DNA of 64,000 bases from Anaerolineaceae bacterium. Its GTDB lineage: Bacteria > Chloroflexota > Anaerolineae > Anaerolineales > Anaerolineaceae. Below the pieces are notes generated by a model. That model saw only the letters and a program-made list of their open reading frames with translations. It made no database searches and had not been told where the DNA came from. The stretch's first letter is position 1. Every line of letters starts with the position of its first letter. The DNA is taken from positions 1,947 through 65,946 of the forward strand of contig JAFPZX010000045.1 in NCBI GenBank assembly GCA_017417055.1, written 5' to 3'. Below are positions 61,201 through 64,000 of the stretch, piece by piece. The position numbers and the translations under genes are program-made.

Positions 61201-63253
61201 GGTTCTTTCGGTAGATGAGACGGCTCATAAAGCAATTATCAGAATCCGAGGATTCCATAGCTGGGGCAGCAATTTTATGCGTGTTACCGCTGCCAACGAT
61301 GACTTCTATACATATAATAGCGTAGGAGGTTCTAATGTCGCGGTGAGAGTAACTCCGGAAGTTACCGTGAACCATGCGTTCAAAGGACCGCATCAGGTCG
61401 GTTATGCACAGATCACGATCAAGAGCACAGCGGATCTGGAAAAGTTCAAGCTGTATCCGCGGGTCATGCTGTATTCCGGGAAAAATGATGACGATGCCCA
61501 TAATGCCGCTTTCGAATTACGCGAGGAAAATCCGCAGTTTGAATCTCCGGTAACGGGTACGATTACCGGGTCCTACGATCCGGATACCTATACATATACC
61601 TTTATGATCAGGGATATGAAGGATATGATCGGGTCGGATGACACCTATCTGAAGGCGGCTGCCAATGATACTGAAATCAACAGCACGATAAAATCAAATC
61701 CGATGGATTACGAGATAATCAGAACGGAGGTTTCGTTATCTGATCCGTTTGTGCTCATTGATGGTTCGAACTATGAGCATGCTTTTGGGAAGATTAACTT
61801 CAGCTTTGGTGAATTGGCCAGAACCTTCAACTTATGGCCGGACGGTTGGGTACGTGTAGGAGCCGAGGCAAATAATACAGTAAGATATGGGTATATCAAT
61901 GTCTCAGACCCATCTAAAACTGTCGGCACTGATGATTTCGGTAAATTCTCGTTTACGTCTGCGAAAGACGAAACGAACCATACCTATCAAATCACGATGA
62001 AGAATATGGCGGTTAGAAATAACACCAGCAGTATTCGGGCTGTCTATAATACGTATCCGCTTGACGGTGACATGTCTTTGTTCCAGGATCAATTCTATAT
62101 AGATACGATCTTCTCTTCTTATGCAACCCAATTTATCTCAGCAACCCGAGTGAAGCCGACCATCGACATTACCGAGGCAAAGAAGTATCCGGTAAGCTCC
62201 GGAAGTAGCTATGTCCCCATGGTTGATGTTACCTTCACTGTGAATGGTCTCAGTGATCTGGAATCTTGGGGTATCTTTGACGCAATCCGTTTGAGTAATG
62301 ATATTTACGGTGTTACGGAAAGCTATATTGACCTTTCCACCAACCAGTTAACGGATGGCAGCGGTCAGGTCAGCCGCAGCGGTGACACCTTCACAATCAC
62401 AGGATGGAAAAAGCTTTCTGCTTCTGATAAAAATGTGGTCGTCTCCCTGGTCCCCAAATTCAGTGATATCAGTATTCCGAACAGAGTGGCGGAACTGAGC
62501 AAACCGGAAACGACTGTCAGTTTGAAAGATGTTTACGGAATGGATTCCGCTTACTTCCTGACCATGGTTCTGAACTACGATGAAAGCGGTCCGGCACCCA
62601 CAGGAACCTTCGAGATCGAAATATTGGATTCTTCGGCCAGCTGTACAGTTAACCTGAGGACGAACCAGTCAACCTGTTCTGATGATTTCGAGGTGCGGCG
62701 GGTAGACGGTAGAGTTGAGGTGCTTGTTTCCGGCTGGATGCCAACCGGAGCCGGAACATTTTCAAATTACCGCCTCCTGTACCATGGTGACGACTATTAT
62801 GCTAATTCAGCTTCGCCATTATACGATAGTGTCCAAAGAATCAGCAAGCCGACTGTGGAGGTCCTCAGTGCGAACAGGAATGGAACGGTTACATTTAAGA
62901 TCAATGGGTATGATTCGGTTTATTCCAAGTATCTAATTATCGATAGGGTTGGTTTGGAAAGTTATGGAATCGGGACGAGTTATCCAAAATATATTAATAT
63001 TTTAGATTTACCGGTAACTGATAGTGATATAACCATAAAAAGAAGCGGAGATACCTTTACTGTGACCAATTTCCCGGGTGCGGATAATTATATTTATTAT
63101 TATTGCGAAGTCTCCCTTAACTCGCTCAATAATAAATATTGGCGTGAGGGTACGATATATCACCATATTTCGTTTTCTGCCGGGTTCACATCTGCCTCAC
63201 CGCTCACCTCCGGTTCGCCGGTTACCCTGAGCGTGACCCTCGGAGGTGAATAA
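37250..63253 (+). CDS. Giant 8667-aa type II membrane surface protein: FHA-like, Ig domains, TM, ~46 Big_3-like Cys-pair repeats and 8 distal two-domain units
   Basis: Single 26-kb ORF. INIGSDEGNDIIL..HA..NG..GDVLTIG (FHA). TM TYVLLLIIAVMLVGIVFGL at 38303-38359. Repeats PTGTxxFTxGxxxCxL..C..AEYSGDxxF. Confidence 0.9.
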   Translation: MSEKFFSGEVAFSQPVINIGSDEGNDIILDGTSVGDFHAMMHYESNRWYITPLDTSKKTMRNGLPITAKGSQLKSGDVLTIGDHSMTLMLNGINVDIFGQGQGNLSADGSQSNRESNIQLVLNGTPPVEVDAGGSVEYELTVSNTGPLVANMQLQLQGVPSSWVQITPPVVNLNEGQKGNFLVRVNPPRVSSAKAGVYYIHFVVSSPNYQRETAAVDISLTVHPYTEYLLNGPIPRVLKLSHSNSSDTAELVVINNSNAAANFIVQSFDDASELQFAYARGGSGGVYQNQEMVTVQAGENLRVPMVISPKKIPFIGFSSRSHHYSVNVTPSDRPGDAQSVMGEVIIKPLIRTYVLLLIIAVMLVGIVFGLQPYIHQFDGANGKHTVVVLNGNSAEINWHVSSFASKVTLNDGTEERDVSKIGSTFVSPKISTTYELKAENFLSRLLGMEYRKTIRVLSMPGRPTIRLLQADKQVALYNQPVKLTWAVEADADQVNMSVNKQATQLEPERYSGESSQGFTADTLVSLRAENASGYEMKSLFIHVAPDQINLTRFAVWVRPNGAAIPNNNDTTRTSRWSALQLSTGSDSNASKPSSVNPQPAAQSNTLEIPDSFSNPSASGQNFNPEQQSLNGSAAQPTPYIYTPPEIDSAGTELLVSPLLNRQDAQANPNGVQQTEIITSGPVQEPTAPQTSPEGSGNGYNRDFSIKFAEVVEDPANESGYRVIEYFPDYQIQPGEQILIEWRVEGVTQVKIDNLSSDNLKSSGGEYANPEKTTTYVLHAEVGEVKQDYSLPVRVAGEPEDGEGSGKNCELKASATTLKEPGTVMLSWTGAGGNRVQLVSSAKAESDAADAEKKKEQEAKEKGETYEKPKQPGPLSGGTIGDWLQPSGFMRINVENQTTFVLNAYDGGGNVICTKSVEVKLDGGNDKQDISKIEGASFKITRIADENNVEQKIYAVGQTVQYTVAFEGFPKDKEPSGNVVISDGNGSCTVTLPVTSCSFQAKKAGNLTVTAVYSGDNNYKKAQTTAKEVVIDKLESTTELQAALKPGANTADVITQLKFDTENTYGLIPTGTITFTAGSGTCDLDVVSDKLTCDGTVVENPEDGYWWTITDMLLADTNADRITAAYKGDNYFSPSTSRAVLFYKVPTTITIPDDPTPYKPDVTHANFTAELSWELPWDEEDSVYELVKDLKPTGTITFTPMSNAEDSNASNASTANCVYDIAAESLSCEGTVVNTDYSFAVSQMLVSNNADRVRVNYSGDSFYSASSFTKNFATILTTIEIGNDPMPTKYPDGKISLNVEIKPDPSGTVPEGKAITGKITLNSGAATACVYNIDQNTFENCSGDPVVRAADGKFEFSGLAFTGTTGNNITAEYSGDSYFRASTSQAVPFRVITKIDTQKTITTAFKTDASHVTVVSELTWTPDVDDDKVPTGTITYTIGAGTCVLDFSDLEEPKLTCEYDKDSDKQIISPVETEEAAKGKITFTIENMQIADQTADRITAAYSGDAAFNPSTSTQKMLTKVDTESIINYAFKPGESLANLESVLSWKPADLPEDAREIQPTGTITYTVGSGTCVLTLGEEPKLSCKTAEDGLNVDFSADTDKDALTVRIVEMLLADKTADRVTAAYSGDALFNPSTSTAFIFTKIHTNLKFVEAYKPFASITNIITSLILNEKDLESAKCSDKCPKPTGTITFTIIKPANLVTTSKTESKCVLTINENIGEYSLDCTGSVSSKLLDNGFSYEYTILNLLIQDQYADRIIAEYSGDSFYYASTASETLFNRVLTETVITEADKRTDNNRKLADFTVEVSWLDAAKDDATPTGTLTFTYGDGTCDIDMVTGEGVGEHACEVSRISKYGSRFVIEGMALGDEDPDSITAAYSGDSAFHPSTSQPWKFDMIDTVIEITGAFKPDDTMANLVALLTWDEEEAGDRNPTGTVTFIASNSMVDTVTCVHELGTEDPNNFSCRGTLTDNNYEFTIGNMPVGEISVDRIRVEYSGDDNFNPSTSKMVMFKTVGTATEITDAEKTADNVVEMTTVLSWDEFASGGVLPSGTIKFTSGSRTCTLVLSYKDGEDDFKFTDCQGHANRINKEIDDDKKLTISITGLTMTGAGETIKAEYSGSGAYLSSVSPEVHFNKFGTNLEIDSAKTFKTDSSHVTVESYLIWSKNEAGESNRPTGTVKFTIGSSVCTLDLGAKTLSDCESGKNPVVSDPENIADSENRRYHLVIEEVLFEGEADRVKAEYSGDSMFNASNASSLFKTLETETIIINDAAYKPYRPNEGYANFNVRLTWDETQSNGRIPGGTINFTPVNSETCVYTIGGRMSCEGTVTVVYVDPNDHSKGIDHFEVRNMLMSNSASDRIKAEYKGDGFFEPSASTTVLFDMSDTATKISSAAKSPEGVVEMIVAVVPTKGHPDGRGPLGTLKITSGTKTCTLELSETSQRFSDCDGVVTFTAGSYHITGLQMGAETSGNNIKAEYSGDSYFRASTSPTFDFTKHNTTITINNVVKPGDPQRANVTTTLSWDNEKTEGRMPTGTVTFTIGTEKCALNMAESTISCFDNLTKVTRTTSDTNDSYTWVIENIKLTVGTADRVYAEYGGDAYFNASASNTVLFKTVPTVTTAIKAFKTETDYADLSGSITWDESLSDGREPHGTVKITAGSGVCTLDIVEKKLSCNSEGVTVTTNDAKNRIDFVISRMLLDDKTADRVQMEYSGDGFFLPSSSEKVLFYTIPTDLAISNAVRTQTGVVGLTTVLSWMDASPTGRTPTGTIKFTSGTGICTLDISGAAPRFTDCGGSVSVAEQGLKRTYTITGMNMTGKAGDSIKAEYSGDGGFVTSTSNTLTFSRLNTTLEFDNNKTHKAGQSNLNLLADLGWDNVASGGQIPSGTVKFTIGSGVCTLNLDTGVMDCESENITITDSDGNRQINILKMLLADSSADRVKAEYSGDSVFNPSTATALFRTVETSIVIINDQNNKPYRPNDGYANFNTRLTWIESEADGQTPTGTITFTTIFPDPLASGKCVYDLSSNKMDCEGSVSYVTDHYEIRNMLMNIVNADRVKAEYSGDGFFLPSASTTVLFDMSDTSTRITSAAKSPDGVVEMIVAVNPTKDHPDNRGPLGTLKITSGTKTCTLELTANTQRFSDCEGEVSLTDENYHIIGLQMGAETSGNNIRAEYSGDSYFRPSTSPTYDFVKANTSLTITKAAKPGDPALADVTAVLSWRKDDAPTRSPSGNIRFTIGSDVCVLSRIENEAPGFNCTGNDTVITRVYSHEESDAEWTYTFTLKNILLSSGSADRVLAEYNGDALFNSSTSKTVLFKTVPTQIQVTNVVKTETDYADLIATLNWDETLADGQTPAGTLKITAGNGVCTLDIAEKKLSCYAKENPVVTVNDEKNQMTFTIRGMLLDDTSADRVQLEYSGDGFFLTSSSTKVLFDTIPTDIAISEASRTQGGSIDLKTTLSWINTSPTGRTPSGTIKFTSGTGTCNVEISGSTAKFKDCDGTVTAVLDAVNRTFALTITNMNMGTRTGEDIKAEYSGDGGFLPSVSETIAFDKSDTELTIVSASTYKVSDSLANVVADLTWEKEGEDDEQKASGTIKFTIGSGVCTLDLSAKTVSDCETSSVFVTETEDDTHKGYHVVITGLLLADNTADRVKAEYSGDSIFNPSSSTALFKTVETAIEVVNDITYKPYRPNNGYANFNTRLTWDESAANGRTPGGTITFTTIFPDPLVSTKCVYDLSTEKMDCEGQVSFVPESGEVPAHYEIRNMLMNYAKADRVKAEYSGDGFFLPSASTTVLFDMSDTATRISSAAKSPEGVVAMTVAIVPTKEHPDGREPLGTLKIISGTKTCTLELTATSQKFSDCDGVVELTSDGNYHITDLQMGVETSGTNIRAEYSGDSFFLASTSPTIDFVKVDTELRLENVYKPGSRNMSNLTVTLSWDKLKADGKAPSGTIRFTIGSDTCTMTRLENVTPGFNCSSENTVITRTKSEPADSDKWSYIWTISNILLSGDTADRAKAEYTGDAVFNGSASDTVMFKTVPTQITVSSAFKKGTDYADISALLSWENSEADGRKPSGTVKFTAGSGSCTLDIETKVLSCEPKTGSVSEDRTIYSVTGMLLDDKTADRVQVEYSGDGFFEPSVSSKVLFQTIPTDLVISDASIRNPGFISLKAKLHWVDNTGSDAAPSGTIKFTSGTGTCTLDISGTTPRFTDCDGQASAPVKDGNNLTYTITNMYFGGKAGDTVKAEYSGDGLFLASASETLDFEHQDTILEITEAYKPEAGLVNSTLRLSWEKEKAGEEKPSGSIKLLIGGSTCTLNMEDNSFNCSGESTVITAPDKNNPVEYTRDSVQYLSYTWIFEKILLSDTSADRMKAEYSGDGFFNESASVTVLFKTMPTELTITKGDKKSSGLLDLDMTLKWIGEAPGNSRPEGNIKLTSGTRTCTLNISGTQVRLTDCQGDQPSMALDGTTLSFIVRNLNMGGATGESIKAEYSGNSIFLASASDSLFFSKIDTTLTINPNEVYKTTEGLVTMLTSLSWEPQADGKTPTGTITYTIGSDNCVLDIVTKEFSCSGTDTVIDGPGSGESGTFEWHLKKILLSNANVDRVKAVYSGDAAFNPSTSLTVLFKTLETGLTITDQSRLSTGNVSFTTTVSWVDTPPVKDRDADPQTYITPVGSIKFTAGSAACNLSLGSDPLKLDCDPNATVTLQAADPDDPQKNVYRIENLNMGSVVETIKANYSGDGCFLPSESNTISFVKMNTTTTIDSSKITRVDEQTVTYNVTLGSDDSDADVDGMTGTIKFTIGSDTCNFDITTQDFNCRGENTSITAEKNAEAKRITWTFQNVVLSSGNNADRMKAEYGGNDMYNPSSSAIVFFTKVTTYLAIPEASKSNDGLITMTGEFSWDPAPAGKLPAGTIKFLSGSATCTLNITADPIRFSDCAGDITVTKDTENRKYTYTVTDMDMGSNVGDDVKLEYAGDGTFQPSVSDTYSFTKVNTTLTIDANETFRTSDFTATVLATLKWNKADADSKTPTGTVKFTIGADVCTLDINTKEFSCSGASTDVDVQPLATEDTDEETGLKLTINNIMLSASNNADRVKADFSGDAIFNPSSSSVVLFRTIETTLDISEQKKLPTGLVNLNTELSWEDVSPTGKTPVGTIKYTSGTAVCTLNLATQKFTDCDGNAEITFAEKTATVVITGLNFGRNVGNVIKAEYSGDGCYLSSVSSEEELVFTKLIPELEIRRAYKPGDTKLVNMIVGLEWVKEDAMEKEPTGTITFTMGSNSCALTIATKAFTCSGPDTKIERTDSDGSFVWTISKALLSATPAEVDRVSAKYSGDDVFETVNSNLVIFRTVETESVIRNSDSEWPYKPAEGYASFITSLTWNTSDEALTWDMEEGTTRTPTGTITFSPMEEDKEAGKCVLTISPGKLNCEGTVSGSVTNQYEIRRMLLSNFKADRIKAEYSGDGFFTASTSTVVLFKTSDTATAITNAEKAQDGKVTMNIAVTGSVQHPEGIKPLGTIKITSGSKTCTLDIKNSPSNAKFTDCSGKVNYDMDNDLYKITDLEMGKDAGTTINAVYSGDNAFFNGSTSPSVDFLKIDTFLVLMEDNVYKTAPDRATVETRLSWSSALSGSKRPTGTITFTIGSDSCKYDLTTRDFSCEGTDTWISVAESTNGRFTGLFENIVLSGTTADRVKASYSGDSIFNPSESLVMIFKTVPTTLTISENAYRPTEGYASFDSQLSWNTTDANGRTPSGTIKFTVGSGSCTLDLSTQALSCESTRSTYDSATGAMVIRNMLLDDKTADRIKAEYSGDGFFLPSASTTVLFKKADTTTSITNMTKTTAGVVNMTLTVHPGEAHPDGRMPLGTVKVTSGSKTCTLDITSDPQKFTDCNFDKIEKSGENYVITGLVMGSDAGNSIRAEYSGDSYFDGSISPTVDFVKLDTTISVEKAYKSAPAAAELTVKLGWTKDERAGETPSGTVKLTIGSDTCTLNIQTKAFDCASPDTVIDDPITTDVSYEWNLHNVLLSGTTADRVKAEYGGDATFNASSSTTVMFRTVPTSIVILTADKPGASYANITSELTWDNTLNTENRTPTGTVKFTVGSGSCTLDLVTKALSCEPKTGTVDESVEGKRSIEILSMLLDDSSADRIFAEYSGDGYFEPATSTKILLQKLNVDLQITKITDEAGVEHTSFYTPGQTVRIVTNLDGALDDPAPTGTISVTVDTASCTITLPQNTCLLTLPKTPGENITVNAVYSGDNGYNGDDAQSSITIADPKQLTISIDKITDAEGVEQDSFAFEQEVIVQVKADNVDEDELPTGNITVKIGTSTAACPISYPDPASCRIKLPDTAKTYDVTAEYEGNTYYQKAVAEPKKVTVDRNDINLKLTVTNDVKNEQGAYLTQPYYVYDQAADTGQTVRVCAELSYEGSVLPDQSKMIVITDENHQQLNPIASFPVSQQCGTFTTDKFKDYVGTTITLTGTFDGDDHYVSKKAETTLDIRERIHPHLSMDYAMVQHVEENIGIIAFGFYGIPEDLPDGVSYKKDTTRVPETKQEVKFTITNGTDTKEITYNLETGALSGDEYVWCEDNECLLISNDFPVPYTPGQTKISASYGSDNRYFLNCDFGPIDVEKDDGIETTLALSDVLKIDNPVEGSTNGHLFLKTELSYDKWAADLYKEDEDSEAVKPKGSLLIKFDGSSEEKECDFDLEMMDFSCGLVTIEEDSGTETPDENKKVRVKFEVRNINVPENSGNVHVQYKPVSETHYFAASDVADAYITTEDRPVITIPEEGVQKTTHTTADLEFTVKVYNLEEKYDVYNLVKLGSKSDAEGAEEKTCTFRIFSDGSMDWVDGPCTGTISRNESVDDSGDHIYTYSIKNLSGIIAQEDKKLSVTVMNDYLSDIETPWVLAEYPVAVADYWIKKVPTTLKLTNVLKYNETHGYVTFDIEYDEESVTFEDVFPGGKLRLRAVGTEGMYSDYCLFDLNSPTADPVEGCEGATMRAERLSDGEFHYVIRNVPVEDRHTQVEMLYFGDDYFEEAELAEADFTDETPQITINNAVYTTDKKVYADFTVTDVDGISAVYGLNERVRFGSAAGGKYCTYHLVNEEFETDSNPDCAGELVIDGSTYTLRGLAGLYTDADTSFSVNVFTKDVLTESEYPTATRNYSKLETGFMLSNELKVMNKYAFLTADFSYENEISGRYNVKPTGIFTFTTSAGTCSFNIANRSTSAVNSEGEPVDICWVEYDELAEMNGKIHFIVKKLASNANTRAITVGYSGDDFLSDINVTRNIDIDAHPVIAIKEGSALKTSLRSANVTFQVVAAGYYADIYGSFFDQIKLYSNDSRASYINISDIMEVDDTSGTASFINSTDTGTITWTKEGDTVTFTVTGWSGPINPADTTCTVELVSHTYLTESEYPKDDEPFGHNTGWTNLAVSDVYSAAGSHVYLTAVLSYDPDIADAYVTRPSGTLTITGNNGGTPKVCEFGLYADYFYDVDTNDRCGTIEVDAENHKATFVVRTYEGAAGTTVSRVQVQYNGDEYFNQSALVSANSNTESPTVEISYLLRSLESDGSRNGYVMFTVDGIDENTLAGKYNVYPYIRLMRHTTGSAADYCLFDRAAKTLTGYNNCHADEIIVNGNTYIFKNLNGECNGQKIIQPRHNSFEVSLYPNIVTDRWSVTSYPMDYQLWLDRLSTSLSLPEIVKVSDRHVVIKAELTSELNEQVVANAFGIAPTGTIYFTSGGLDCTCDIDEGTCTGGCEADVTKTVGTWPITMLVRNPAGTADVETQIDAAYKSDRLFMYSDMIGTFVNGAPTITIDSAQKLSNTKANVTVTVHGNDYVEYYSSVYDQIRLAAHDGEYNYIENISDILRSSSTSGTATLSIGSGEVSWTKSGNDVTFTVTNWEGPIDAEDTQCTAWLLASGLGEDQYPKAGPRTFTHTKGSVKLSFDGKVLNEENDNFFMDVVLDYDPQTAAGFQKPKGRLTLRGYVASTTCDFDLNQSTVSCQQSGCSAQVLSVDETAHKAIIRIRGFHSWGSNFMRVTAANDDFYTYNSVGGSNVAVRVTPEVTVNHAFKGPHQVGYAQITIKSTADLEKFKLYPRVMLYSGKNDDDAHNAAFELREENPQFESPVTGTITGSYDPDTYTYTFMIRDMKDMIGSDDTYLKAAANDTEINSTIKSNPMDYEIIRTEVSLSDPFVLIDGSNYEHAFGKINFSFGELARTFNLWPDGWVRVGAEANNTVRYGYINVSDPSKTVGTDDFGKFSFTSAKDETNHTYQITMKNMAVRNNTSSIRAVYNTYPLDGDMSLFQDQFYIDTIFSSYATQFISATRVKPTIDITEAKKYPVSSGSSYVPMVDVTFTVNGLSDLESWGIFDAIRLSNDIYGVTESYIDLSTNQLTDGSGQVSRSGDTFTITGWKKLSASDKNVVVSLVPKFSDISIPNRVAELSKPETTVSLKDVYGMDSAYFLTMVLNYDESGPAPTGTFEIEILDSSASCTVNLRTNQSTCSDDFEVRRVDGRVEVLVSGWMPTGAGTFSNYRLLYHGDDYYANSASPLYDSVQRISKPTVEVLSANRNGTVTFKINGYDSVYSKYLIIDRVGLESYGIGTSYPKYINILDLPVTDSDITIKRSGDTFTVTNFPGADNYIYYYCEVSLNSLNNKYWREGTIYHHISFSAGFTSASPLTSGSPVTLSVTLGGE
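44020..49990 (+). repeat. Intragenic ~2.1-kb super-repeat (six Ig domains) in about three copies
   Basis: KPYRPNxGYANF at ~44055, 46148 and 48275; GACATGTCxGATAC..SGTKTCTLEL at ~44381, 46460 and 48605. Confidence 0.85.
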
Positions 63254-63262
63254 GAATAAAAC

Positions 63263-63292
63263 CGGGGACTGTCCCTTTACGGGACTGTCCCC
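63263..63292. repeat. REP family C copy right after the giant gene
   Basis: CGGGGACTGTCCCTTTACGGGACTGTCCCC. Confidence 0.75.
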
Positions 63293-63327
63293 AACGCAAT
63301 GTATTTGTAAATTCTACAGAGGCACTG

Positions 63328-64000
63328 GTGAAAACAGAGATTATTCTTGTAAACGAACAAGTTATTCGGAATAAAATTTATGAGATCCGCGGGCAAAAAG
63401 TTATGCTCGATTTTGACCTGGCAGAGATTTATGGGTATACAACAAAATCATTTAATCAACAAGTCAAAAGAAATGCAGACAGGTTTGACGATGACTTCAT
63501 TTTCCAATTAACAAGAAAAGAAACTGAAGAAATATCGAGGTCACAAAATGTGACCTCGATACAGGTCGCAGGAATTAAGGGAGGAAGGTCTTATCTTCCT
63601 TACGCTTTTACTGAATCCGGAATTTACATGCTGATGACAGTCCTGAAAGGCGATCTTGCTGTTCAGCAGAGCAAAGCGTTGATCAGGACCTTTCGTGCAA
63701 TGAAGAATTTTATTGTTGAAAATCGTCCTCTCATTGGACAACATGATTATTTGCGTCTGTCAATGCAGGTCTCGGATACACAACAGACAGTACATGCTAT
63801 CCAATCTCAGTTAGTCGAGCACGAAGCCAAGTTTAATGAAGTATTTGTTCAACTTCGGGATTACAATGACTTTCATAGAGAGTTTCCGGAAATCACGGTT
63901 TCGTTTCAAATCACTGATGGTATCATGCATGACAGGTTTATTATCCTTGACTATAATACCGAAGATGAAAAAATGTATCATTGTGGATCATCGTCCAAAG
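63328..64000 (+). CDS. ORF6N-domain DNA-binding protein with PLD-like HDRF C-terminus (partial)
   Basis: Not in the ORF track. From GTG 63328: KIYEIRGQKVMLDFDLAEIYGYTTKSFNQQVKRN..LPYAFTESGIYMLMTVL..MHDRFIILDY..YHCGSSSK, open to the window end. Confidence 0.85.
   Translation, partial: MKTEIILVNEQVIRNKIYEIRGQKVMLDFDLAEIYGYTTKSFNQQVKRNADRFDDDFIFQLTRKETEEISRSQNVTSIQVAGIKGGRSYLPYAFTESGIYMLMTVLKGDLAVQQSKALIRTFRAMKNFIVENRPLIGQHDYLRLSMQVSDTQQTVHAIQSQLVEHEAKFNEVFVQLRDYNDFHREFPEITVSFQITDGIMHDRFIILDYNTEDEKMYHCGSSSK

Noticed and set aside
62880-63253. AT-rich C-terminus as a diversity-generating retroelement target
   Set aside because: No reverse transcriptase and no template repeat differing only at adenines in the window

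Overview
The window looks like chromosome from an anaerobic, probably monoderm bacterium. A Chloroflexota/Anaerolineaceae (Flexilinea-like) origin is inferred from the sortase-fused secreted protein, the Asp-type MurA, the FHA-Ig membrane proteins and the GGGAC/GTCCC intergenic repeats. 1-14 kb is accessory DNA: a truncated DUF5684-like membrane gene, an orphan gene, a decayed AbiE toxin-antitoxin pair, a subtilase fused to its own sortase, a single-chain R-M-S restriction enzyme, a DUF4143 AAA ATPase, and a promoter with two 32-nt repeats and a nuclease stub that resembles a relic RNA-antitoxin system. 12.5-33.5 kb is housekeeping and metabolism: an RlmD-like pseudoenzyme, tilS, DegV, gyrA, an AraC response regulator, LysR, a liv ABC operon, a GT-B protein, an [FeFe]-hydrogenase with a highly structured leader, PTS EIIBC and murA. 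33.9-63.3 kb is a three-gene cluster ending in a 26-kb gene for an 8667-aa type II membrane protein. That protein has a degenerate cytoplasmic FHA, one TM helix, about 46 Cys-pair Ig repeats arranged in super-repeats and 8 distal two-domain units. Intergenic DNA holds several REP/REPIN/MITE-like families and heptamer tracts that place stop codons in all three frames. All calls are by eye; no database searches were run.
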